From a virus (Duplodnaviria > Caudoviricetes), in IMG/VR virus record IMGVR_UViG_3300037605_000034, positions 1 to 34,164 of that record: a stretch of DNA of 34,164 nucleotides; one strand, given 5' to 3'. The position numbers were made by a program, and so were the translations under genes. Shown here piece by piece: positions 16,852-25,999 of this stretch (within the stretch, counting starts at the first letter, position 1; each line of letters begins with the position of its first letter). The notes under the pieces were generated by a model that saw only the letters and a program-made list of their open reading frames with translations, ran no database searches and was not told the DNA's origin.

Positions 16852-19239
16852 CTATTCACAACAGTTGATATGGACGCCAAGCACATCTGCCCAGCCGTCG
16901 GACTCGGGGTATGCGCTGCCGTCGGCGTACTTGTCGTACGACGACAGCCGAACATGCACGATCAGCGTGAACGAAGTGCCCGGCGCGGGCAGCCCGCTTT
17001 GCACACACCCGTACAGCGTGGCGAGGTCTGGGGTAAACCATGTTGAGCCGGTTTCCCATCCACCGATTCCGCAGGCTTCGTACCAGAGCGGTTCATCATC
17101 AAGAAGCGATCCTTGTGGGCGATCGCATGCGGCGTATTGGTTTGCGTCGTATCCCGATCGGAACGGCCCATTCGTACAGGGGTTGCGGCCGACATGATTG
17201 GTCACGACCGTGACTTGGCCACCGACCTCAGTAAAGCCGGTGCCGTCGTGTGAGATGCAAGGCCAGGTGATCAATCGGTGACAAACGCGGTGGTCGGGCT
17301 TACGTGCCTTGTAGTCTTCGTAGGTTTCGCCGGGCTGGATCGGGATGTGGCCAGCCATGTTGCCCGATACGTTTGCGGCTGCGCAAGAGGCAGACGTGTG
17401 GCACTCGATACAGGGCTCGTCAGGTGGACAATCGTCCATGACTTCGGTCACGTTGACGGGATTGATCGGCCCGCCCGGATCGCCTTCAAAGACCTTCCAC
17501 CAGACACCGCTGTGCTTCACGGCCTTGCCAACGACTGCGGCCAAGTCTGTGCGCGTTGCCCCCCAGATCAATCCGGGGTCATCGCACCTGGCCAGGAAGT
17601 AGATCGGCCCGCATTCGTCGCGTCGGAAGAGACTGCACGCCGCGTTCGAGTTGGGTGCCCGCCTTTCTCTGGCATCAACGATCGCAACGGCTTGTCCAGC
17701 GGCGGGAAGTGTCAGCCTGCCGGGGTGACGCACGCGGTGGCATTTCCCGTCGTGCTTTCCCGCGATGATCTTGGTGTGCCTTGGCAACTGCACCCACTTG
17801 TTGGTGGTGCCTTGGCCGCACTCCCAGAGCCGGAACCAACGCTTGGATGGCGGCGGCGGGTTCTCGCCACCACCGGGCCCTCCACCACCGCCACCTCCAC
17901 CGGGCGGGTTCGGTGGGTTCCAGCCAAAGCATTCCGCGCAAGAGACAAACGCGGGGCCGATACGTTGGAGCACATCTGCATCGGCGGGGATGACGGTGCT
18001 TGCTTCAAACGGATCGATCCAGACGCAATACCCACGGTGCTCAAAGCGTGTGAGCTTGTCGGGGAGCTTGGAGTTGGGCACCCAGGTGTCGCGCCAGTTC
18101 CGGGCATCTTGTCCTGGGCACAAACGAACCGGAACCCCGGATAGGCCGGGGCAGTTGGGATTAAGTTGTCCGCCACAGATGCAGGCGAGGCAGGAATCGA
18201 ATTGGCATCGCGGCGTGATCTGGATGGCATCGGTGGGGATGCGATTCGCCGCAGTATTGAGATCAAGCCTGTGGCACGTCCCGGCGATACGCTGATAGAT
18301 CGTGGTCAGGCCGGGGTAGTCCAGTTGCAACGCATCGATCGCTTCCTTAGTTGCCCAATACGCAATCCCAGTATCCTTCGCGTCTGGGCACAAGACGAAC
18401 GGAACGCCGAGGTTGCAGGTGTTGCATGGCTGATCAACTGTTGGTCTAAGGAGTCTGGCGTCGTCGGGGATGACAGCAGAAGGAGCGGTTTGTTTTTCAT
18501 AGCACCAGCCGCTGTATTCAAATCCATCGGGTGTATCAGGCAGATCTGCTTGTCTGATCCAGACCTCGGGCGCATCGGCCGCATTGGGTAGCGCCTGGTC
18601 GGCCGGGCAAAGCGTTTGCTTAACACCGTGGGTACAGGTCGTGCAGTCGTCTTGAGGATTGCCCAGTCCGATCCAGAAGGCGGGGTCTGGATCAGACACC
18701 ACCGGCCCGGTGGGCACGTTGATGCAGATGCCGCCGTTATCAAAGACACCCTGCTGACCACGCTCGGTGTCGCTGGGTAAGTAGAGGTTGTTCACATCCC
18801 AGCCGCGGGCAATCGCCTTGGGTACGTGATCGGCACAGACGGTCGCCTTGATGCCTTGGGGCTGTTCATCGGGCCATGGCCACGCGCCTCCGCCGTCACC
18901 ACCACCAGCGCCGCCCCCGGCCCCACCCCCCGCGCCACCGCCGCCGGGGAATCCTTCACCTGCATCTTCGCTTGCACTCTCACAGCTGGTGCAGTCGTCC
19001 CATGGGAACGGCCCACGGTAGGCATAGATGCCATCGCCTTGCGGCATGCAGATGCGTTCACCGGCCGGATCGATGGTCCAGCAGTTACGGCTCTCATCGT
19101 CTTGCGTGTCGAGTTCAAAACGCTGAACTGCAGCAGGTAGATCGTCCTCGTGGACAAAGACGCGCAGGTCCGAGGTGTTGTTTGTGCACTTGGTCGCCTC
19201 AACCCAGACGGCACAGTTTTGGCAGCGTGGCCAACTCAT
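16852..19239 (-). CDS. Cys-repeat, Gly-linker protein (795 aa) at the tail-fibre/receptor-binding position
   Basis: ATG at 19239 overlaps the upstream TGA (ATGA); about seven degenerate ~55-65-aa units C...(W/F)...GxC...CxxC; two poly-Gly linkers. Confidence 0.8.
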   Translation of the reverse strand: MSWPRCQNCAVWVEATKCTNNTSDLRVFVHEDDLPAAVQRFELDTQDDESRNCWTIDPAGERICMPQGDGIYAYRGPFPWDDCTSCESASEDAGEGFPGGGGAGGGAGGGAGGGDGGGAWPWPDEQPQGIKATVCADHVPKAIARGWDVNNLYLPSDTERGQQGVFDNGGICINVPTGPVVSDPDPAFWIGLGNPQDDCTTCTHGVKQTLCPADQALPNAADAPEVWIRQADLPDTPDGFEYSGWCYEKQTAPSAVIPDDARLLRPTVDQPCNTCNLGVPFVLCPDAKDTGIAYWATKEAIDALQLDYPGLTTIYQRIAGTCHRLDLNTAANRIPTDAIQITPRCQFDSCLACICGGQLNPNCPGLSGVPVRLCPGQDARNWRDTWVPNSKLPDKLTRFEHRGYCVWIDPFEASTVIPADADVLQRIGPAFVSCAECFGWNPPNPPGGGGGGGGPGGGENPPPPSKRWFRLWECGQGTTNKWVQLPRHTKIIAGKHDGKCHRVRHPGRLTLPAAGQAVAIVDARERRAPNSNAACSLFRRDECGPIYFLARCDDPGLIWGATRTDLAAVVGKAVKHSGVWWKVFEGDPGGPINPVNVTEVMDDCPPDEPCIECHTSASCAAANVSGNMAGHIPIQPGETYEDYKARKPDHRVCHRLITWPCISHDGTGFTEVGGQVTVVTNHVGRNPCTNGPFRSGYDANQYAACDRPQGSLLDDEPLWYEACGIGGWETGSTWFTPDLATLYGCVQSGLPAPGTSFTLIVHVRLSSYDKYADGSAYPESDGWADVLGVHINCCE

Positions 19240-20147
19240 GGGCTGCCTCCCTCGCATGGGCCGTCCGCGTTGTTGATGGCCTGGAAGACATGCTCGACGG
19301 CTTGAGTCTCGCAGTTGATCTCGGGTGTGACCTGAACCACCGCACCCGCCCCGATCGGCTGGATCGAAACCCCTGCGGGCAGTTGGTCGACATTGATGCC
19401 GCAGCCTTGCACGCCCGTCGCGCTGTTGTTCGCTTCGATCGTGTTGTAGGCCGTCCCATTCAATCCGTCTGGAACTGCCGCCCAGGTCCCGGCCTGCTGG
19501 TACTTCATCTGCGTGAACGGGTACGACCACCGGTTATCGCCGATCGAGGTTGCTCCGCCCAGCATGGCCCAGAACCAATCACCCCCGGATGTTGTGCCGA
19601 GATTGACCAGTGCCCAAACGACCGTTGATCCAGATCCACTTCCGGGGTCGTGCCAGATGATTTGGGTGCCGGGCTTGCCGGATTCGAGTTTGGCGGTATC
19701 GCCGTCGATCACGCCGGCGGTCGTATGCGTGTCATCAAGCAGGTCGATCTGCACCGGGCAGATGCCGTTGACGTAGGCCCGGCCAATCCCCGAGGCGGGC
19801 AAGGGGTCGAGCAGGACCGCGAAGTGGCCCGCCGCTGCGTGCTGATCCTCTGTCGGCGTGACGACGGATAGCGCGACCTGACGCAGGAATTCATCAAGGT
19901 GATCGCCGGGCAGGATGATCGGGCCGTTGATCCCGACAACCGCGTTGCGGGCGAGATCAGCCCCGGAATCATTGCGGACCAGGACGATGCCGGTTTGTTT
20001 CGTCCCGGCGGTTGCGGGGATGGGGCCACGGCTGCCGGCCTGCTGCTCGTAGTAGGCGCGTGTCGCATCGACGATCTTGTTCCAATCGGTGGCTGGGATA
20101 CGAAGCGGGCTGCCGCTTTGGACGTGACGCAACTGTGTCATCGTCAC
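19236..20147 (-). CDS. Putative distal tail/tip protein
   Basis: Second gene after tape measure, overlap-coupled on both sides; beta-rich composition. Confidence 0.7.
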   Translation of the reverse strand: MTMTQLRHVQSGSPLRIPATDWNKIVDATRAYYEQQAGSRGPIPATAGTKQTGIVLVRNDSGADLARNAVVGINGPIILPGDHLDEFLRQVALSVVTPTEDQHAAAGHFAVLLDPLPASGIGRAYVNGICPVQIDLLDDTHTTAGVIDGDTAKLESGKPGTQIIWHDPGSGSGSTVVWALVNLGTTSGGDWFWAMLGGATSIGDNRWSYPFTQMKYQQAGTWAAVPDGLNGTAYNTIEANNSATGVQGCGINVDQLPAGVSIQPIGAGAVVQVTPEINCETQAVEHVFQAINNADGPCEGGSP

Positions 20148-20953
20148 GCTCCGATCCCAAGCGCCGCGAAATCCCCGTCGCGATAGACCTGCTCGACATA
20201 TGCCGCGATGGGCTTACGGATCAGCATCTTGGCGTTGGTGTCCTCGGCCTCCTGGTAGCGGACCCAGAGGTACTCCCAGCCTTTCTTAGCGATGCCTGCG
20301 ATCGTGCCGACGCTCAGGCCGGTCACGTTGGGCGAGCCCGCGAAGGCGAAGCTGATCTCCCAGAGGTCTTCAGGGTCGGTGCCGCGTCGCGAGCCTGCTG
20401 CACCGAGGAACAGACATTCGCCGCCAGCCAATCCTTTGAACGATCCGCTGTTGACACGTCCAGTCAATGAGAACAGTGCGCTCTTGTACGCCGTGGTTAC
20501 AACGGCGGGTGCGAGGTGGTGCGTTTCGGAGAAGGTGTAGACCGGCACGGTGATGTCCACGCCGTCGACGCCATCTTGCGTCACACCGATCGCGCCCTTG
20601 AAGTCCGGGGCCGCGCCGCCGGGGAAATCGGGGGCGACGTAGCTGCCTACGGTGGAGAGTGATTGGGTGATGTGCTGGGTGCCGCCGCGGGTCTCGAAGC
20701 TGAAGCTGGACTGGCCTGCCACGGGCGGAGCGCTGCCGGAACGGACATACCGCACGACCCCCAGCCACATACTCGGAGCAAGCTCCTCGACCTCTGCGTC
20801 ATCGCGCTTGAGGTTGTTGTGAATGGTGGGTGATTCGGTCAGGAGTTCAAGACGAGCGATCGCATCGCTATCGGTTCCGCGAACGACGTAGGTCAGCTCC
20901 GCCGATTCATCGGAGAGCACGCGACCGAACTTTTCTTCAACGATGACAGACAA
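20144..20953 (-). CDS. Putative tail protein downstream of tape measure (distal-tail/hub position)
   Basis: TTG start after GGAG; synteny only. Confidence 0.72.
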   Translation of the reverse strand: MSVIVEEKFGRVLSDESAELTYVVRGTDSDAIARLELLTESPTIHNNLKRDDAEVEELAPSMWLGVVRYVRSGSAPPVAGQSSFSFETRGGTQHITQSLSTVGSYVAPDFPGGAAPDFKGAIGVTQDGVDGVDITVPVYTFSETHHLAPAVVTTAYKSALFSLTGRVNSGSFKGLAGGECLFLGAAGSRRGTDPEDLWEISFAFAGSPNVTGLSVGTIAGIAKKGWEYLWVRYQEAEDTNAKMLIRKPIAAYVEQVYRDGDFAALGIGA

Positions 20954-20964
20954 CCCGGAATCTC

Positions 20965-22962
20965 CTATGCGAACGCAGCGCCGTTGTTGCGGACTTCACG
21001 TTCGATACGCTTGGCGACGCGGGCGGCTTCTTCAGCAGCGTCCGCAGCCCGCTCTGTCGCGTCATTTGAGAATGCCAGCCCGAGTAGCGCAGCCGGATTG
21101 AATGACCCCACCGAGCGAACGCGGTCTGCCTCTCGCTCAAGGACATCTTCGAATCCAGATAAGTCCGGCGGCTCGGGCGCTTCTGGTACATCAGCGCCGT
21201 TGTCTTGATCCTGAGCAGCGGCCCGGCGATCGCGGGCCTCAGCGAGGGCGTCTTCCCATTCCTTCCTTGCGTCGATCAGGGCCTGCTCGGCATCTTGTTC
21301 TGTATCAAGGCGCTGCTGCTCCTGCCGCTGTTGTTCGTCTTCGTATTGCTGACCGATGACGCCGAGGGTTTGCTCGTTGAGATCGTCGGCCTGCTGACGA
21401 CGGGTTTCGCGGCGGAGATCGATGCCGATTACGGCTTCGCCGGTCTGCTGATCAATCTCGGCAAGGCGCTGTTCCAGAGCACGGTCGATCTCGGCATTCG
21501 CCTGCGCCGGATCAATCGAATCGTCGAACAGGCTCTTGATATAATTCCACGCCTTGCTCGCCAGAGCCTTCATGCGTTCCCATGTGGCCGAGAAGATGTT
21601 GACGAACCCGTGCCACGCCGTGGCCAGGAACGCGGTTGTTTCGATCCATGCGACTTCCAGCGCGTGCCAGACGGTCTGCAATGCCGCCAGCGCACCGGTG
21701 AACGCGCCCACGAGCACATCTGCGATGAAGTGCTTGAAGCTCAGCCACAGGCCTTTGATGAAGTTGACCCCTTTGACCCACTCCATCTTCAGCGTGAGCC
21801 AGAGGATCTTCGCGGCCAGTCCGATGTCTCCCGCGGCCAGTGCGTCGGCGATCCCTTGGTAGGCCTTCAACGCAGTGTCTTTTAGCCCCCGGAACTTTTC
21901 GCCGAGCCAATCGAGGGCCTGACCCGCGATGCCGGTTGTCTGGACGAGATAGGCTCCGAGCACCCCCAGTGCGGTGATCACAATCCCGATGGGAGACACC
22001 AGGAACGCGATCGCGGTGGCGATCACCCCGAACGCTGCCGCCGCACCGGTCACGATCGAGGCGAGTAGGCCCATCGCCACACCCAACCCGGAGATCAGCA
22101 CGCCGAGTGTGATCAGCGCAAATCCAACGGCGGCAACGACCGCCGCGACCTTTAAGATCTGAACGATCAGTTCACGATTGGCCTTCACCCAGCTGCTGAT
22201 GGTGACCGCTAACCGCGTGATGGTGTCAGCCACTTTGCCCAAGAGCGGGGCCAAGGCGGCACCGATATTGAAGACCCCCATCCGGACGACTTTCCAGAGC
22301 TTGTCCAGCGCATCGGTGAATTCTTCGGCGGCAGCGGCATCCTCCCCGGACATCGTCAGGCCAAGGCGACGGGCTTCTTCTTGAAGTGCGCTAATGCCTG
22401 CGCTGCCCTGATTGAACATGGGGATGAGGTTGGTGCCCGTTCGCCCAAACAACGTCATCGCGATGGCGGCCTTGCGTGTGGGGTCTTCGATCTGACCGAT
22501 CCGATCTGCCAGCAGCTTGAACTGGTCTTCGGGCGATAGGCCGTCAAGGTCGGCAAAGGTCAAGCCCAGATCGGTGAGCGCATCGACCTGTGTCGAGAGG
22601 CCACGGCCGGCGTCATAGATGGACCGCTGCATCTTTCTAAAGCCCATCTCCAGCGAGCCGAACTCGGTGCCGGTCTGGCTGGCGACAAACTCCATCTCGC
22701 TTAAAGCCTCCACAGAGAGCCCGGTCCGCTTGGCCATCTTGGCGACTTGGTCCCCGTACCGGCCAAAGAGTTTGGTCGCTGCGGTGAGTGGCGCGATGAC
22801 CGCTGTACCAAGTCCCGCCACCCGCAGTCCGAGGTTGCGTACCGACTGTCCGAAGTTTTTGAGCTTGCCCTCGGCGCGGCGCAACCCGCGCACAAGCTTG
22901 CTGTCGTCGGCGAATAGCTCGACGAAGGCTCTGCCTGCTCGGATGCCTTGACTAGAGGGCAT
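20965..22962 (-). CDS. Phage tail tape measure protein (665 aa)
   Basis: Ala-rich helical; AMTLFGRTG..L.P motif; central hydrophobic stretch; W-periodic repeats; follows the tail chaperones. Confidence 0.92.
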   Translation of the reverse strand: MPSSQGIRAGRAFVELFADDSKLVRGLRRAEGKLKNFGQSVRNLGLRVAGLGTAVIAPLTAATKLFGRYGDQVAKMAKRTGLSVEALSEMEFVASQTGTEFGSLEMGFRKMQRSIYDAGRGLSTQVDALTDLGLTFADLDGLSPEDQFKLLADRIGQIEDPTRKAAIAMTLFGRTGTNLIPMFNQGSAGISALQEEARRLGLTMSGEDAAAAEEFTDALDKLWKVVRMGVFNIGAALAPLLGKVADTITRLAVTISSWVKANRELIVQILKVAAVVAAVGFALITLGVLISGLGVAMGLLASIVTGAAAAFGVIATAIAFLVSPIGIVITALGVLGAYLVQTTGIAGQALDWLGEKFRGLKDTALKAYQGIADALAAGDIGLAAKILWLTLKMEWVKGVNFIKGLWLSFKHFIADVLVGAFTGALAALQTVWHALEVAWIETTAFLATAWHGFVNIFSATWERMKALASKAWNYIKSLFDDSIDPAQANAEIDRALEQRLAEIDQQTGEAVIGIDLRRETRRQQADDLNEQTLGVIGQQYEDEQQRQEQQRLDTEQDAEQALIDARKEWEDALAEARDRRAAAQDQDNGADVPEAPEPPDLSGFEDVLEREADRVRSVGSFNPAALLGLAFSNDATERAADAAEEAARVAKRIEREVRNNGAAFA

Positions 22963-22983
22963 GGGTCACCTTTGCGTCGCGGT

Positions 22984-23370
22984 TTAATCGCGGCGGGATC
23001 GGGGTTTGGACAGCTCGCCGAACCGGTCGAGATCGGCGTGCTTGGTCTGGATGCCCTGCCGAAGCTGCTGGGCCAGCCTCTTGTTGGGTTTCTTTCCCCC
23101 GTTCGCATCGGCGTAGTCTTTGAGAACGTGATCTAGCGCTGCATTTAGCTTGGTGGCACCGGCATGAGGGGTCTCCCTCGGAACCTGCTTCTCAGCAAGC
23201 TTGATGGCGGTGATGATCGAACCCTCCCACTGACGCCACTTCTCGTTGAAGAGGTCGATCTTGCCGAGCATCCAGAACACGAGCACAAAGACCGAGGCCA
23301 TCCCAAGCATGAAGCCGAAGACAGAGTTGATTAGCGCGGCCAGGATTTCAGTCACAGATTCAAGGATCAT
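22984..23370 (-). CDS. Holin-like membrane protein (LL-H-type resemblance)
   Basis: N-terminal hydrophobic helix then I..AI..AEK......G..K...A..V, basic C-terminus. Confidence 0.55.
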   Translation of the reverse strand: MILESVTEILAALINSVFGFMLGMASVFVLVFWMLGKIDLFNEKWRQWEGSIITAIKLAEKQVPRETPHAGATKLNAALDHVLKDYADANGGKKPNKRLAQQLRQGIQTKHADLDRFGELSKPRSRRD

Positions 23371-23803
23371 GTCGTTTGCCTTTCTTGCCCGTTAGGGCTT
23401 CGCGGAGGAGTTGGAGATCGTCGGCTCCATACTGATTACCTATGCTTTGCGATTGCCTAGTTGTCTTGCGGTACGGATCGAAGTCAGATGTCTTGAACGG
23501 CCGATGCTTCTTGGGATCACGATTCGCGTTGGCGATCACCGCACAGACGAGTGATGTGCGCGACCACTGATCCTGGCCATGTCCTTCAGACATCCAGAGC
23601 AACTGGCGGAGCGTTAGTTCGAAGAGGTCGTTGGTTCCGAGTCCGAGGCTTCCTGCGATGCGCCAGACATCACCCCACGGATCGTTTCGTCGATGCTGAT
23701 TGCGTCGAGCTTGGTCTCGACCGCGCTCACCGCCGCGTCGATCATGGCCATCTGCTTGGCGACCGCCTTGGCCCGATCGTTGCGGCCGCGCCCTCGGAAA
23801 AAA
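23360..23803 (-). CDS. Tail assembly chaperone GT C-terminal portion, read by -1 frameshift
   Basis: The -1 frame is open from the slippery T TTT TTC (23803-23797) to the stop at 23360, encoding ...WGDVWRIAGSLG...LTLRQLLWMSEG...ANANRDPKKHRPF..DFDP. Confidence 0.7.
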   Translation of the reverse strand, partial: FFPRARPQRSGQGGRQADGHDRRGGERGRDQARRNQHRRNDPWGDVWRIAGSLGLGTNDLFELTLRQLLWMSEGHGQDQWSRTSLVCAVIANANRDPKKHRPFKTSDFDPYRKTTRQSQSIGNQYGADDLQLLREALTGKKGKRHDP

Positions 23804-24105
23804 TCAATCAGTTCCTCGTAGAACGCCTTCTGAGCGGCGAGCAGGGTTTGCCCGTCAAAGCAGTTGCGGACGTCTTCCTCGGTCACGCCGTGCTTGGTGA
23901 ACTGCCCCTCCAGCATCACACACAGCACTTCACCGAGCAGCATCTCGTCGGTGCCGAGTTGGGTCAGTACAGGCGGCCCTCCGGAATCATCACCTTGCTC
24001 GGGCTGAAGCAGGTCGATCTTCAAACGATCTTTGACCGTCATGGCGGTGCCGAGGTTCAACGTGAGCGTCCAGGATCGTCCGGTAGCATCGGTAAATGAT
24101 TTCAT
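23614..24105 (-). CDS. Tail assembly chaperone (gpG-like)
   Basis: Between tail tube and tape measure; ELIDFF codons carry the slippery heptamer. Confidence 0.8.
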   Translation of the reverse strand: MKSFTDATGRSWTLTLNLGTAMTVKDRLKIDLLQPEQGDDSGGPPVLTQLGTDEMLLGEVLCVMLEGQFTKHGVTEEDVRNCFDGQTLLAAQKAFYEELIDFFRGRGRNDRAKAVAKQMAMIDAAVSAVETKLDAISIDETIRGVMSGASQEASDSEPTTSSN

Positions 24106-24572
24106 TACGCGGCCTCCAATCCGTCTTCAATCCACTGGTCAAATACTGCGAGTTTGGCGGTCACCGAGACCATCACGCCTTCTTCAAGCGGTTCGCTGCG
24201 GCTGAAGTTGGTGATGGAGAAGTCCGCGAGCGGCCCCTCGCTCCCCGCGACCGTGGCGATGTCGTCCGGGCTCTTCTCCCCTGTAAGCACGGCCAGTCGG
24301 ATGGAACCCGCTGTGAGATAGGCGGTCTTGATCGCATCAAAGCCGGTGTCACCGGGCTTCCAGAGCATCTCGAATTCGGCGGTGCACTCGCGCAGGGTCG
24401 GCGCGGTGGCCCGCCAACCCTGGTTAGCGCGGGTGGTCACGTCTGCCTCGCCCGCTTCGAGGCTAAGCGTCACGTCCTTGACGTTGCCCATCTCGGTGAG
24501 GGAGGACAACGCGTTTCCGGCGGTGCCCTGGTAAATCTTCGCGTTCATGCCAAGCAGGAATTCTTGCGGCAT
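24105..24572 (-). CDS. Major tail tube protein
   Basis: GGAA/AAGGA RBS; V.DVTLSL.A.E.DVTTR...GW......LRE.T.EFE pattern of siphovirus tube proteins; synteny. Confidence 0.85.
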   Translation of the reverse strand: MPQEFLLGMNAKIYQGTAGNALSSLTEMGNVKDVTLSLEAGEADVTTRANQGWRATAPTLRECTAEFEMLWKPGDTGFDAIKTAYLTAGSIRLAVLTGEKSPDDIATVAGSEGPLADFSITNFSRSEPLEEGVMVSVTAKLAVFDQWIEDGLEAA

Positions 24573-24602
24573 TGGAGTGTTCCTTATGAATCAATTGCGG
24601 GG

Positions 24603-25037
24603 TCAATTCCGGGGGATGCTGTCGCGCCACATGGCGGGCAGCTTGGGTTGTTCTTTTGCAAAGGCTGGCCCCATAAAGGGCCGCTTACGGATGTTGGCGC
24701 GGACGCGTTTGCCTCGGCGCTGCAGGGTCGTGGTGCCGCCGTGTTCGAGGAGTTCGGGCGCTTCGCCACGCCCGTTCTGTGAAAGGCGGACCGGGCCGAT
24801 GACCACGCTGCGGTTCGACGGCTCGTAGCCGAAGTAGATGAACTTCTTGAGCAGACCGATATGGCTCGATGGCGGTGCACCGGGCGCACTGACCTTCTTG
24901 CGTTTGCGGATGCTGCTCCTCGCGCCGCGGCGCACGAAGGCCCCGAATCGCGAGAGCACACGCCGCGTTCCGCGATCGACCTTGTCGCGCACGGCCTTCT
25001 TATCGAAGAACATCTTGGTGATCTCAAAACCGATCAT
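24603..25037 (-). CDS. Virion morphogenesis / tail-completion protein (HK97 gp10-like)
   Basis: Basic; S.PG.PP....G.L, LE.GG, RPFMGPA motifs; ATG at 25037. Confidence 0.82.
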   Translation of the reverse strand: MIGFEITKMFFDKKAVRDKVDRGTRRVLSRFGAFVRRGARSSIRKRKKVSAPGAPPSSHIGLLKKFIYFGYEPSNRSVVIGPVRLSQNGRGEAPELLEHGGTTTLQRRGKRVRANIRKRPFMGPAFAKEQPKLPAMWRDSIPRN

Positions 25038-25135
25038 GGCGTGGTCTCTGACCCCGAAGGGTTTGTTCTTAAAAGTTCCCCAAACACGAAAAATGAAGTT
25101 GGGGAAAGAGCGGAAGCGGCGTTGGCCGCTGCCGA

Positions 25136-25534
25136 TCAAGTGTTGTCTTCCAATGAACCTTCACCGGTGATGCGGTAAACGACGCCTTCTCCAGCGGCGA
25201 CCGCTCTCAAATAAATCTTGCTGGCGTCATCGATCCGCACGACCACGCCGCGATAGTTGCCTTTGAGCAGTGGCATGTTCTGGCTCTCGGAATCACCGAG
25301 GAAGATTGGCTTGGTGTTCGTGGCGTTGCCGTCGTCATTGATGGGTGCAGCGACCCAAACAAAACGGCACGGTGTGGGCTCACTGACGAGCGGCTCAGCC
25401 ACACCGGCTTGGGCGATCGACTTTGATCCACCGGTGAAGATCGATGGCGCGGTGATGTCCACCAGCTGTGCCCCGTCGTCGGGGTCCACAGCGATTGTTG
25501 CCGTCTTGATCCATTGTTTGCGGGGTGTGGCCAT
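25136..25534 (-). CDS. Hypothetical phage protein (beta-rich)
   Basis: GAGG RBS, ATG, co-oriented within the operon. Confidence 0.7.
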   Translation of the reverse strand: MATPRKQWIKTATIAVDPDDGAQLVDITAPSIFTGGSKSIAQAGVAEPLVSEPTPCRFVWVAAPINDDGNATNTKPIFLGDSESQNMPLLKGNYRGVVVRIDDASKIYLRAVAAGEGVVYRITGEGSLEDNT

Positions 25535-25558
25535 GGGCTTGTTTCCTCTGGGCGCGTG

Positions 25559-25999
25559 CTATCGCATCGCCCGGTAGGTCAGTGTCAGGACGCTGGTGAA
25601 CACACGCTTCTCCAAGAGGTGCTCGGGTGCGTAGACCGGGTCATTGATCGTGTTCACCCACGCGGCGAAGGCCGCCCCCGGAAGTGGGCGTTGACGCAGG
25701 TACTCGGCGATCTGGTCCACGACATTGCCGAGCGATTCGACTTCCACTTCGAGTCCGCTGGGCGAACCAAGTTTTTTCTGGATGCCAATGTCGACCGTGA
25801 AGTCGTGTTGGCTTGCGCTACGGGTCGCGCCGGTGATCTCCACGGCTTTGGGCACGACAGTTACCGTCAGATCTGTGAGGTCCTGCAATTCATAGAACGG
25901 CAGTACTTTCCGCACGGCGGTGAACGACTGGGTGAAGGTCCCGGGCGTGGCGTTCAGTTCCGCAGTCACGGCATCGGCGATCTCGGTGATCAGGCTCAT
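25559..25999 (-). CDS. Putative tail terminator / head-tail connector
   Basis: ATG 25999 overlaps the upstream TGA; helix-sheet pattern ending LTLTYR; synteny. Confidence 0.7.
   Translation of the reverse strand: MSLITEIADAVTAELNATPGTFTQSFTAVRKVLPFYELQDLTDLTVTVVPKAVEITGATRSASQHDFTVDIGIQKKLGSPSGLEVEVESLGNVVDQIAEYLRQRPLPGAAFAAWVNTINDPVYAPEHLLEKRVFTSVLTLTYRAMR

Noticed and set aside
16836-16859. GTGAATAGAAAGGAGACTGGAAAC as a CRISPR repeat (ends in GAAAC)
   Set aside because: Single copy, no spacer array, no cas genes seen.
16852-17300. Diversity-generating retroelement target at the fibre C-terminus
   Set aside because: No reverse transcriptase and no template/variable repeat pair seen in the window.
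19240-19530. 97-aa N-terminal extension of the Cys-repeat protein (892-aa call)
   Set aside because: Overlaps the upstream gene out of frame; ATGA coupling at 19239 is the better start.
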